This document shows, piece after piece, positions 1-9,197 of a stretch of 64,000 nt of DNA. Made by a program: the position numbers and the translations under genes. How positions within the stretch are numbered: position 1 is the stretch's first letter; each line of letters begins with the position of its first letter. The notes under the pieces are model-generated. The model was not told the origin of the DNA, made no database searches, and saw only the letters and a program-made list of their open reading frames with translations. The DNA is taken from assembly GCA_022821875.1 (NCBI GenBank), contig JAJECV010000070.1, positions 18,676 to 82,675 on the forward strand, given 5' to 3'. The stretch comes from Rhodothermales bacterium (GTDB lineage: Bacteria > Bacteroidota > Rhodothermia > Rhodothermales > Bin80).

Positions 1-675
1 GGCTTTTACGGGGTTGCGTTTGCGGCGATTGCTGTCCCAACCTCCTTTATTGCCCGATCTGTGGCCCATCCCTTTTTTATCAGCGCAGCGGAGGCGCACC
101 TGGCAGGAAATCTAGCCTCCATCACCTCGCTAGTCCATCGCCGCCTAGCCATGGTGGGCTTCTTCCCGGTGCTGGCCGTCATGCTTGCCGGGCCTGACTT
201 TTTCGAATTATGGCTTGGCGAAGAGTATCGTACAACCGGCATCTACGCCATCTATATTGCGGCATGGCTGGTTCTGGGCTCCATTGTATCTCCTCTGACA
301 CGTGTCTATGATGTAACCGAGCATCAGCGTCTGGATTTTATGATGGCAACCCTCCTGCTCGTATCGCTGTCTACCGCATCCATTCTGGGAGGACTCTCGG
401 GAAGTGTTGACAACATGCTGATCGCCGCCGGCATTACCGGCACCGTCATACGGGCCATCCAGTTAGTTGTAATTCTCCGGCTGGCGGGCGTTTCCTGGCG
501 CGAATGCATGCGCCCTTACCGGGATTTCCTGCTCTTATCCCTGCCGGGGCTGGCATTGATAACTGCGGCCCTGCTGCTTGACAACAGGTGGGCAACTACC
601 GGAGCGCTGATCCTGGGTACTGCCTGCTATTTTGGACTGGCCATCTGGAAGGAACGGCTTTTCGGAAACCTGTGA
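1..675 (+). CDS. Polysaccharide/oligosaccharide flippase (MOP/Wzx-type), C-terminal part; 5' end outside window
   Basis: Frame 1 is open from nt 1 (GFYGVAFAAIAVPTSF...) into the listed 61..675 ORF. The product is a series of hydrophobic helices with short loops, as in flippase C-terminal halves. The family call is by resemblance only. Confidence 0.5.
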   Translation, partial: GFYGVAFAAIAVPTSFIARSVAHPFFISAAEAHLAGNLASITSLVHRRLAMVGFFPVLAVMLAGPDFFELWLGEEYRTTGIYAIYIAAWLVLGSIVSPLTRVYDVTEHQRLDFMMATLLLVSLSTASILGGLSGSVDNMLIAAGITGTVIRAIQLVVILRLAGVSWRECMRPYRDFLLLSLPGLALITAALLLDNRWATTGALILGTACYFGLAIWKERLFGNL

Positions 676-738
676 TATTGATCCGTCTGGTTACAGGCAA
701 CCGAATATCTGCGGAAACCAGCCCGCGTCTAATGACGA

Positions 739-2256
739 TCAATACGCTGAATCCGAAGCATCACTATCCGCTACAGTTTCCCCGGTATCCACCGGAGGAA
801 GTGTAACCTGCTTTTGCTCCATGAATTCTTTTTCGCCGCGAATCAGATTTTCCTGTCTCATACGAATGAACTTCTGGCGTTCATTATTACGTAATTCCGG
901 CAGTGACGCTTCTGGAAAACCATGACTGGGCAGCACTTCCTTTAGATCGTCATCATTCAAACCCTTGAGCTCGTCAAACGCATTGCCATAAACACCTTTA
1001 TCAAGAAACATACGGTTTGCAGGAATGCTGCCAAATTCTCCGTCTCCGCCGGGTTCTTTCCACACATACCCAATGGTATATGCTTCCTGTTTGACAGGTA
1101 TTTTTTTCAGTTCCTGTTCCTGAGGCCTTACTGAGAGAGGGTTAAGTGACGACAGGTACAGCATAAAAGCACGTACTCTTGCACTTCGTCCATCAAAACG
1201 GTTTGGAAATGGAAGAGCCTGTTCATTAAGATCTACAACCGTGAATGAATCTACCTCGTCACGGGCCAATTCGCGAATTTCGCGCAGCGCATGTCTAACT
1301 TTTGAAGGGTTCACTGCGCCAAACCAGCCACTGAATGATGTAACCCAGAACCAGCGCTTTAACAGGTTAACCACCCGGGGTTCCGGAGATGGACAGATAC
1401 GGTAAAATTCACCGAGCATGACTAATTGCAGTCCATAGGGCAACAATCGATCCGAAACAACCCCCAGGTTCTTCAGAAAATCCAGTGCACAAATCATCCC
1501 CCCGCTGGCTGATTCAAAACCCTCTGGAAGTCTTGACCGAATATCCTGCCTGACAACTAGATCAGCCCAATCACTCGCATAGATATCCCGGTCTAGTGCT
1601 GCCAAAACTGCTCGGAGCAGAAAAACACGATTAAAATCTCCAAAACCTCTAGCGAGAAGTTTTTCCTGAAAATCATCCATTGCATGAGCAAGATAAAAAT
1701 CGCCCTCTCGGTAAGTCAACGCAGACACCATCTGGTCAGCCGATATCTTGCGTCCCGTACGATTGAGCCGGGCAAAGACGGTCACTGCACTATCAAGATC
1801 CGCCTCACGAATACGAATAAGCGGAAGTTGATAATCCCGGAATGCGTTCGCGAGACGATCTGCTCTGTGCAGCCAATGTTTCGAATCCTCTTCAGAGTCT
1901 GTTGTTATTTTGTTCGCTGCGGCTAAGAATTCAGATGTATCCAGTAAACTCGCCAAAGGGAAATACTTTGCGGGGAGTGTCTCTCGCGGTGCTCGCACAA
2001 ATTTCGAACTCTCCAGATCAAAGTAGACACGCCAATCAACGTGGCTGTGAATTGCCTCACGCATATCCCCCAACTGCAGAGTGCCAACCAATGTTGATAC
2101 ACGCTGCTGTCCATCCAGGAGATAACTGACGGTGGATCCGGATGGGCGAGGTCGCACTTCTATAGGTCCAACCTGTGAGGCGCTTTCGATATCTCTTTCA
2201 GTCTCCCACACAAGAATGGATCCAATAGGGAAGCCCATGTACACGCTGTCTAACAA
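739..2256 (-). CDS. DUF262 (ParB/Srx-fold nuclease family) protein
   Basis: It carries 'YLLDGQQRVSTL' (the DGQQR signature) and 'GFPIGSILVW'. The matching N-terminal motif 'IPKFQRPFIW' is in frame at 2307..2278, upstream of the first canonical start (TTG at 2256), so the true 5' end is probably nearer 2400. Confidence 0.75.
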   Translation of the reverse strand: MLDSVYMGFPIGSILVWETERDIESASQVGPIEVRPRPSGSTVSYLLDGQQRVSTLVGTLQLGDMREAIHSHVDWRVYFDLESSKFVRAPRETLPAKYFPLASLLDTSEFLAAANKITTDSEEDSKHWLHRADRLANAFRDYQLPLIRIREADLDSAVTVFARLNRTGRKISADQMVSALTYREGDFYLAHAMDDFQEKLLARGFGDFNRVFLLRAVLAALDRDIYASDWADLVVRQDIRSRLPEGFESASGGMICALDFLKNLGVVSDRLLPYGLQLVMLGEFYRICPSPEPRVVNLLKRWFWVTSFSGWFGAVNPSKVRHALREIRELARDEVDSFTVVDLNEQALPFPNRFDGRSARVRAFMLYLSSLNPLSVRPQEQELKKIPVKQEAYTIGYVWKEPGGDGEFGSIPANRMFLDKGVYGNAFDELKGLNDDDLKEVLPSHGFPEASLPELRNNERQKFIRMRQENLIRGEKEFMEQKQVTLPPVDTGETVADSDASDSAY

Positions 2257-2403
2257 TGCATGAACATCCTGTTGCCTCCATATGAAGGGACGCTGAAACT
2301 TCGGAATACGGATCCTGCCTGCAACGATCCGTTCTACAAGCCTGCCCAGAAAGATAACTTCCGGTGTAACTTCTGTTCGAGTCTGACTGTTTTGCGAAAT
2401 TCC

Positions 2404-3375
2404 CTACACCTCCTCACGAATCAAGTTAATACCATACTCTAAATCACCCTGTGAGCGGGCACGCAGTTCACTTTCAATGTTCACATCAGTAGCGTATTCC
2501 CAACATTTGTAGACTTTACCGCCAAATCTATTGGTAAGAAGAATGTAATCCTCTTCGGGCACTCCTTCAAACAGGGGATTTTGGTCATCGTCATCATTGC
2601 CGGGGAATCCTCTCTTCATGTCGAAGAAATTTTTTTGATCATCACAGAGCCTTTCCCATGCATAAACTGCACGAATGTACTCCTGATCATTCGGCTTCCA
2701 TGCCTTTAAGAGAATGGACGGGAGATAATTTTCCGCCGCCCGCTTTGCTAATATCCAGCATGGAATATTATTTTCTTCACATATATTTCGCAATTTCCGG
2801 GCCCCCTTACTTTCCTGATCAGAAGGATATTTCTTGTCACTGTCGGCAATGACAATAAGCCGAGTCCTGACAGAGTTCTGAGTTATTTTTTGTTTAACCG
2901 CTCTGGGCATTTGGGTCACACCACCGACACTGTCAATTTCAATCGGTTGCCTTCTATCCTGATTCCAGTGATCTGAGAGCGATTTATCAAGTTCACGCAC
3001 GGTCCGCTTCAAAAATGAACCATCACTAAACTCATTCTCCATCAAAATACAGAGCGGTTGCATGACAAACTGAGCAGCATCCTCTGGTTCGAATTCAGAG
3101 TCATCACTTGGAGAAGTCGTGACACATATCCGTTTGGTGTGAAGTCTATCAAATTTCCAGGCTTCGGACTTATTGGACTTTTTGAATAATTCAAGGATTT
3201 TATCTCCTTGCGTTCCTCGATCCCTGATCCATGTGGTTGCCTCAAATTCTGAAGAATCCACATGATCTGCAGTATTCCAAATATGCCAACCATCCATGAC
3301 CGTATAAATTACACGATCCAGCCACGAATGAGCATCAGGATCATTTGCGACAGATGTATCAATTTCGATAAGCAT
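2404..3375 (-). CDS. TOPRIM-like (DUF4435/DUF4276-like) putative nuclease partner of the upstream ATPase
   Basis: 'LCILMENEFSDGSFL' (conserved-Glu strand) and 'RLIVIADSDKKYP' (DxD) are arranged as in TOPRIM domains. There is a 5-nt gap to the ATPase gene, and the stop directly abuts the DUF262 reading frame. Confidence 0.4.
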   Translation of the reverse strand: MLIEIDTSVANDPDAHSWLDRVIYTVMDGWHIWNTADHVDSSEFEATTWIRDRGTQGDKILELFKKSNKSEAWKFDRLHTKRICVTTSPSDDSEFEPEDAAQFVMQPLCILMENEFSDGSFLKRTVRELDKSLSDHWNQDRRQPIEIDSVGGVTQMPRAVKQKITQNSVRTRLIVIADSDKKYPSDQESKGARKLRNICEENNIPCWILAKRAAENYLPSILLKAWKPNDQEYIRAVYAWERLCDDQKNFFDMKRGFPGNDDDDQNPLFEGVPEEDYILLTNRFGGKVYKCWEYATDVNIESELRARSQGDLEYGINLIREEV

Positions 3376-3380
3376 TCATA

Positions 3381-4622
3381 CTATCTCCTTCTATCTCGTG
3401 CCGCACGCCGAATTGCAAGCACTTCTTCATAGTCTTCATAGAATACGCCCTCCGGCCAGCGACTCATTGCGCCATCATCAGTGATCCTGATTTTCTGCAG
3501 TTCGGAACCATGTTCCGGTTTATTGCAGATCCAGTATATCAGTACATCGTCGGGGGACAGTTTTCCTGCTGCAATCAGGCGACGTGTACGAAGCAGGATC
3601 ATTTCGGAATGGGTCTCAATAATGATCGGTCTGGCCGGCCCTGGAAGATTGTTCAGCAAAAGTTCCGCAACATCCGCATGGGCAGAAGGATGAAGTTCAG
3701 CCTCCGGATGTTCAATGATATCAACTCCAGGTCCCCTCCCCTTCGCTGTAAAAGCGTTAATTACTACCGGCAGAACCTGGGCCAATCCAGCACCGGACTG
3801 ATTCAGAGATACGTCTGTACCGTGATACGGCGATTCTACAATAAGATCAAAAAGATCCGCTTTTTTCCTGATATCAAGGCGGACTCCGAAAACACGCCGA
3901 TACCATTCTTTGACTGAATCCCGGAGATCATCGCTTGCAGCAAACTCAAGGGGAGCTGTTTTTCCTGCAGCATCACGTAAACTTAACGAATAATCGCTCA
4001 GTGAAAGGCGGGAGGACGGAAAACTGCGCGGACATTTCAGATAGCGAACTCCTGATGCCCATTGTCTGATTGGATCTATCTGCCCATTGACCCAATCTGG
4101 AAACGGATTGGACCTTCTAGGCAGCAAACCGCGCCAACTGACCTGTTGTTCGTCCTGAGTGCCCCCTGAGCCGGAAATTTTGTACCGGGATTGCTCGTTG
4201 AGATTTTCATTGACTGCCTCAAATTGACCTGTTCCGCCGCTAAGACCCCAGTACGAAATCTGCTGCCTGGATTCGGATGGCCTGGATTTACTTATTATAT
4301 TCTGAATCCTGACCGATAGCATGGTTTCATTTCCGTCACTTCCAAGCGCAGCAGACAGAGATAATTCACCATGTGCAGAACGTCTGGTGATCAGATCCTC
4401 AAAGATCCTCCCGTGCTGGACTCCATCGGAATTCAATATCAGTGGTTCTGTATGGTCATCATCGGGAAGCGACAGATTACTTGACAGGAAATGGACTGCC
4501 TGGGCGAATGCTGTTTTCCCTGAATTATTTGCCCCTACCAAAATAGTCAGGGGAGCAATTTCAACGGTGGTTTCACGGTCGAAACTTTTATATCGCTGAA
4601 ATCGCAGCTTTTGAAGTTCCAT
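3381..4622 (-). CDS. ABC/AAA-type ATPase (AAA_15/AAA_21-like, DUF3696-like C-terminus)
   Basis: Walker A 'GANNSGKT', Walker B/D-loop 'DIIEHPEAELHP' and H-loop 'IIETHSEMILLR' are present. It is the first gene of a three-gene minus-strand cassette. Confidence 0.8.
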   Translation of the reverse strand: MELQKLRFQRYKSFDRETTVEIAPLTILVGANNSGKTAFAQAVHFLSSNLSLPDDDHTEPLILNSDGVQHGRIFEDLITRRSAHGELSLSAALGSDGNETMLSVRIQNIISKSRPSESRQQISYWGLSGGTGQFEAVNENLNEQSRYKISGSGGTQDEQQVSWRGLLPRRSNPFPDWVNGQIDPIRQWASGVRYLKCPRSFPSSRLSLSDYSLSLRDAAGKTAPLEFAASDDLRDSVKEWYRRVFGVRLDIRKKADLFDLIVESPYHGTDVSLNQSGAGLAQVLPVVINAFTAKGRGPGVDIIEHPEAELHPSAHADVAELLLNNLPGPARPIIIETHSEMILLRTRRLIAAGKLSPDDVLIYWICNKPEHGSELQKIRITDDGAMSRWPEGVFYEDYEEVLAIRRAARDRRR

Positions 4623-5027
4623 TGCTGATCACATCATGAAGCACAGGGAACGACATCGCCTGTACATTGTTCGTATTCCCGTTCAATTATACTCTTAAAT
4701 CTCTTGCAGAACTCTTAATCTTGAAAATTTTCATTGGTCTGATGGCATCCAGGATTACTTTTTGTCTGAGTTATTCGTTTTGCAAGAACCTCCTCTGGTA
4801 ATCGGGTGTCCTTCCCCTGGAACCTGAAACATACCGTCTGATGAGCAGTTCCGGGAAGATGCCATGTCTGGTCTGAGCGGGGAAACGATCCGACGGCCTG
4901 AAGGTCAATCAATCTCCACCTTGGCATTCGCTCAAATGACCATTCAGGTTCACTCGGAAGATACGGACGACTGTTCTAATATGCGTTCTACTGCAAAACC
5001 AACCAACTTCCCGTAAACAGACAGCCT

Positions 5028-6959
5028 CTATTTGAGGAGGGTCATGCGCCCGGTGGCGATCCGACTCTCTGATCCCATCCGAGCCGTCACCCGATAGACA
5101 TATACGCCAGCCGGAAGAGGTCCGGCCTCCAACATAAACGCTCTGGATGGACCGGCCTCCATGATCACCGAATCTGCCCGATACACCCGCTGCCCCAGCA
5201 TATTGAACACACCAATGGATATGGCCGCAGACTCAGGTAAGTCCAGTAAAATTCTGGTGGACGGATTGAACGGATTCGGGTAATTTCCGATCAGTGCAAA
5301 CTCCACCACCATCGGTGTATCTACTGTACTGGTGGACGGATCCACACGGATCGTCACCCAGTCGGGGGCCGAATTTCCATGCCCCCAATCTTCAACGGGA
5401 ACCCCCAGTCCCGATGGAATCGCCACTGCTCTGAAATAATACTCCCCCGCCATCATCGGAGCGGTAAAGCCGGGCACAGCCGTGTCGTTTGCCGTCAAAC
5501 GTATGGATTGCGAGACCATCACGGGAGTACTGGAGCCGGAAGCCTGCACCTGGATCCATTCCCAGCGGTTGTTCCTCCCCCAGGGCCCCGTCACATGCCC
5601 CTGTAGTGAAACCGCCGTGCCCGGCCCCGCCGATTGATCCACCCCCGCATCAACCGCCGGCTGGAAAGGCGCACCCGGATTGCCGCTGAGCATAAGACCC
5701 GGGTAATCATGGTACTCCCCCTCAGATTCAAACGTACTCACCGGCAGGTTCGTCAGCCCCTCAAAAATCCCATCAGGAAGCGTATGGAGTACGTTGTCTG
5801 CCAAATTCAGCACATTCAGGCGGGACAGCGTATCAAAAATTCCGGCTGGAAGCACACTCAGAGAATTCTCCCGCAACCCAAGCACCTCCAGCGAAACCAG
5901 TTCCTTAAACACATCGCCAGAAAGCAAACGGAGCGCGTTCCGAGACAGATCAAGACGTTTCAGCGAAACCAAACCGCTGAAAACCCCACCCGAAAGCACC
6001 GCCAGCGCATTCCCGTGCAAGTCCAGCGATTCCAGTGTGCCCAGCTGATCAAACAGGCCCCCTGGAAGCGCACTCAGTAAATTTTCGCCTGCATCAAGCC
6101 GCTCCAGCGAAGTCAACCCATCAAAAATGTCATCTGGAAGCGTCCCCAGAGAATTGCCTTCCAGACTCAATACTTCCAAAGAGGTCAATCCGTCGAAGAT
6201 GCCACCGGGAAGTGTAACCAGTTTATTCCGGCTCAGATCAAGGGATTCCAAAGCGGTCAGCCCATCAAAGATGCCGCCGGGAAGTGTGCTGAGTTCATTC
6301 TCATTCAAACCAAGTACCGTAAGCGAACCCAGGCCGTCAAAGATGCCGCCGGGAAGCGCAGATAACTTATTCTGCTCCAGATAAAGCCAGGTTAACGAAG
6401 TCAACGGGCTAAAAATCCCGTCTGGAAGCGTCTCCAATGAGTTGCCCCACAGATACAATACTTTCAGTGAGATGAGCGCATCAAAAATTCCCGCAGGAAG
6501 CATACGGATGGAGTTATCTCCCAGGCTTAATGCTTCCAGCGAGGTGAGACCGTCAAAATCTCCCGGCTTCAAACTCGAAATCCCATCGTACCCCAGTTCT
6601 AAAATCCCGGTAATCCCTGCTAACTCCCCACTGGTCACCTGCCTGCAATCATTCTGATTGGGAATCAACCTTAGAATCGCATCTCGTACATCCTCGGTTC
6701 GGCTGCAGATGTTTACGGCTGACCTGGCCGTTGCCGCTGCAGACACTGAAGACCGGCGGACCGGCAGCCTGCCATGCCGCATGAAAGATGCCTCAGAAGA
6801 CACTCCGTCTCCCGTCATTGAACGCAGAACCGATAGATTCCGGGCTTGATCATGAACAAATGTTTGATCCACACCCCCCGGCGGGGCCGCACTGGGGAAC
6901 CCCGCCGTGAAGGGTACCGCAACCAGAAAGACCAGCCATGCCAAACCGGTCAACCTCAT
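5028..6959 (-). CDS. Secreted leucine-rich-repeat protein with T9SS C-terminal sorting domain
   Basis: About 12 tandem 24-aa LRRs ('LPGGIFDGLTSLExLxLxxNxLxx'). The C-terminus 'NYPNPFNPSTRILLDL...GVYVYRVTA' is a Por/T9SS tail. The likely start is ATG 6959 (MRLTGLAWLVFLVAVPF, signal peptide) rather than the ORF-track start at 7145. Confidence 0.8.
   Translation of the reverse strand: MRLTGLAWLVFLVAVPFTAGFPSAAPPGGVDQTFVHDQARNLSVLRSMTGDGVSSEASFMRHGRLPVRRSSVSAAATARSAVNICSRTEDVRDAILRLIPNQNDCRQVTSGELAGITGILELGYDGISSLKPGDFDGLTSLEALSLGDNSIRMLPAGIFDALISLKVLYLWGNSLETLPDGIFSPLTSLTWLYLEQNKLSALPGGIFDGLGSLTVLGLNENELSTLPGGIFDGLTALESLDLSRNKLVTLPGGIFDGLTSLEVLSLEGNSLGTLPDDIFDGLTSLERLDAGENLLSALPGGLFDQLGTLESLDLHGNALAVLSGGVFSGLVSLKRLDLSRNALRLLSGDVFKELVSLEVLGLRENSLSVLPAGIFDTLSRLNVLNLADNVLHTLPDGIFEGLTNLPVSTFESEGEYHDYPGLMLSGNPGAPFQPAVDAGVDQSAGPGTAVSLQGHVTGPWGRNNRWEWIQVQASGSSTPVMVSQSIRLTANDTAVPGFTAPMMAGEYYFRAVAIPSGLGVPVEDWGHGNSAPDWVTIRVDPSTSTVDTPMVVEFALIGNYPNPFNPSTRILLDLPESAAISIGVFNMLGQRVYRADSVIMEAGPSRAFMLEAGPLPAGVYVYRVTARMGSESRIATGRMTLLK
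5742..6614 (-). repeat. About 12 tandem 72-bp units encoding the LRR array
   Basis: The 24-aa periodicity of the protein (ORF aa 178-468) is mirrored at the DNA level. It generates the many repetitive antisense ORFs listed between 5.6 and 6.7 kb. Confidence 0.85.
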
Positions 6960-7244
6960 GGATTGAAGCCCTGAACGCCCGTACCGCCAGTCGCCATGGA
7001 AGCATCGCGCACCGGGGAATCCAGACCGGGAACGAAAATTTAAAGCACGCATTGAGATCCAAACCGGAAGGCTTCGCCGGTGCTGATACGCACCGGTCAG
7101 AAAAATGAGCGAGACGCAATCGCAGGCCAGAGGATTCCGATCCACGCCCCGATCTCAAATCCATTACGCCCGGCCGGCCTGAATCGGAACGAGAATCCCC
7201 GACTCCAGTAAAGCCCGTTTGCACTGCCACCAATTCCACCGCGT

Positions 7245-8291
7245 ATGTTTGCCCGACGAACCCGTCCCATGCCTCATTTGCCTGCTCTGCTTCTATGCCT
7301 CTTGGTCACCCAGGCCGCCGCGGCCCAGACCTATTCCATGTACGTCGCCAATGAGTCAGACGATACCGTCATGCTCGTTGAGTTTAATGGAACCGACATC
7401 TTTGTCACCGACACCATTCAGGTCGGGCGGATTCATACCGAAATCGAAGGCCCGCACGGGCTCACCGTGGATCCGGAGCGTAATTCGCTGTTTGTGTCTA
7501 TTGCACATGGGCAGCCAAACGGCAGCGTCGTACGCTATTCCACAGAGGATCATCATGTACTGGGGGCCGCGACCCTGGGCCTGTTTCCTGCATCCATGGC
7601 AATCTCGCCGCACACGGGCCTGCTGTATGTGGTGAATTTTAACCTGCATGGCGATCCCGAGCCAAGCACGGTTTCGGTGGTGGATCCTGATGTGATGATA
7701 GAGGTCGGGCAGGTGGCCACCGGCATCATGCCGCACGGCTCTGCCTTCGGATCCGGCGGCACCCGGCACTACTCGGTTGCAATGATGGATCATGCCCTGG
7801 TGGAACTGGATGCCCTGAACCTGCGCGTCCTCCGCAAAATTCCCCTGGGCATGGGAACCAAACCCACCTGGGTTGTCCTCCATCCCCGGCGGCCTCTGGC
7901 CTACGTCGCCGGGAACGGCTCGGATCAGATCCTGATCGTCAATACGCAGAACGGAACTGTGTCCGAAGAAATCCCGGCCCCCGGATCCCCCTACAACCTG
8001 GCCGTTTCGCCGGATGGGGCCACCTTGGTGGTCACCCTTAAACGTGCGCAGGCAGTGGGCATTATAGATTTAACCACCAACACCGAGCGGGCCCGTATTT
8101 CCACCTCCAGTCCGATCCCGCACGGGGTGACCGTCTCCCCGGACCATACCTATGCCTTTGTCACCTCCGAGGGAGTCGGGGCCGCGCCGGGGACGGTGGA
8201 TGTCGTTCACCTGGCCTCCGCCACCCATGTGGCATCCACACAGGCAGGGCAGCAGACCGGAGGCATTGCCTTCTGGAAAATAGAAGATTGA
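7245..8291 (+). CDS. YVTN-family beta-propeller repeat protein, secreted
   Basis: It has an N-terminal signal peptide (LPALLLCLLVTQAAAAQ). Repeated 'xYVxN...', 'PHGLTVDP', 'PYNLAVSPDGATLVVT' and 'PHGVTVSPDHTYAFVTSEG' blades follow. Confidence 0.7.
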   Translation: MFARRTRPMPHLPALLLCLLVTQAAAAQTYSMYVANESDDTVMLVEFNGTDIFVTDTIQVGRIHTEIEGPHGLTVDPERNSLFVSIAHGQPNGSVVRYSTEDHHVLGAATLGLFPASMAISPHTGLLYVVNFNLHGDPEPSTVSVVDPDVMIEVGQVATGIMPHGSAFGSGGTRHYSVAMMDHALVELDALNLRVLRKIPLGMGTKPTWVVLHPRRPLAYVAGNGSDQILIVNTQNGTVSEEIPAPGSPYNLAVSPDGATLVVTLKRAQAVGIIDLTTNTERARISTSSPIPHGVTVSPDHTYAFVTSEGVGAAPGTVDVVHLASATHVASTQAGQQTGGIAFWKIED

Positions 8292-8294
8292 CCA

Positions 8295-9194
8295 ATGGGG
8301 CAGGCCGCTACCCGCTTTATCCGACCCGAGGTGCTGGCCAGGATCTCGTCTCTGGAACTTCTGGCCCGCTCTGTGGTGGAGGGGTTTCTGGCCGGACTGC
8401 ATCGCAGCCCGTTCAAAGGGTTCAGTGTGGACTTTATGGAGTACCGCCCGTATGTGTTCGGGGATGATGTACGCCAGGTGGACTGGAAGGCGTTTGCACG
8501 GACCGGCCGCTACTTTGTGCGGGAGTTTGAGGGAGAAACCAATACCCGCCTGCACCTGCTGCTGGACATGAGCCGCTCCATGGACTACCGTTCCAGCGGA
8601 CCCGCCAAACTGACCTACGGCCGCTTTCTGGCGGCCGCCATTGCCTGGCTGGCGAACCGGCAGCGGGATGCCTGCGGGCTGGCCCTGTTTGACACCGAGG
8701 TCCGCAGACATCTGCCTGCGCGGACCACCCGCGCACATCTGCATCTGCTCCTGAATGCACTTGAAACGGCGACCCCCGATGCGGCCACGAATCTGGAGCG
8801 CTCCCTGCAAACCGTTGCGGAGCGCCACCGCAAACGGGGATTCGTTGTTCTGATCAGTGATCTGCTTACCGATCTGCGTATGATTGAGCGTGCACTGCAG
8901 CATTTTCGGTTTACCGGCCATAATGTTCTGGTATTTCAGGTGCTGGATCCGCAGGAGATTGAATTTGAATTCAAGGATGTGGTGGAACTTTTGGATGTGG
9001 AATCCGGTGCCAAAATGCTGATTGACGCCAAGACGGCCCGGGTGCAGTACCGGAAAAATTTCCAGGCCCATCAGACCGAACTGCGCCGCATCTGCGGACT
9101 GTTGCAGGTCGACTACGCCGTACTTCGGACCGATGCCCCGCTGGATACTGCGCTCTTTCACTATCTCTCTGCCCGGTCACGGCGCAGCGGCTGA
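8295..9194 (+). CDS. DUF58 domain protein (MoxR/Bat-locus associated)
   Basis: 'FKGFSVDFMEYRPYVFGDDVRQVDWKAFARTGRYFVREFEGE' matches the DUF58 core pattern. It sits 3 nt after the previous stop and 3 nt before the next start. Confidence 0.75.
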   Translation: MGQAATRFIRPEVLARISSLELLARSVVEGFLAGLHRSPFKGFSVDFMEYRPYVFGDDVRQVDWKAFARTGRYFVREFEGETNTRLHLLLDMSRSMDYRSSGPAKLTYGRFLAAAIAWLANRQRDACGLALFDTEVRRHLPARTTRAHLHLLLNALETATPDAATNLERSLQTVAERHRKRGFVVLISDLLTDLRMIERALQHFRFTGHNVLVFQVLDPQEIEFEFKDVVELLDVESGAKMLIDAKTARVQYRKNFQAHQTELRRICGLLQVDYAVLRTDAPLDTALFHYLSARSRRSG

Positions 9195-9197
9195 TCC

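Noticed and set aside
4715-4927. 70-aa ORF upstream of the ATPase gene with a faint MazF/PemK-like start (W-x-x-I-D-L-x-x-x-G-S)
   Set aside because: It is too short, the rest of the MazF pattern is missing, and no antitoxin-like partner is present. It was left uncalled.
5742-6614. Regularly spaced repeats that could be mistaken for a CRISPR array
   Set aside because: The units are contiguous, with no unique spacers, and lie inside one long ORF where they encode canonical LRRs. No cas genes are in the window.
5379-6849. Series of plus-strand ORFs with repetitive Ser/Pro/Lys-rich products
   Set aside because: They are the antisense reading of the 72-bp LRR repeats in the minus-strand gene. 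The periodicity is inherited, not independent coding.
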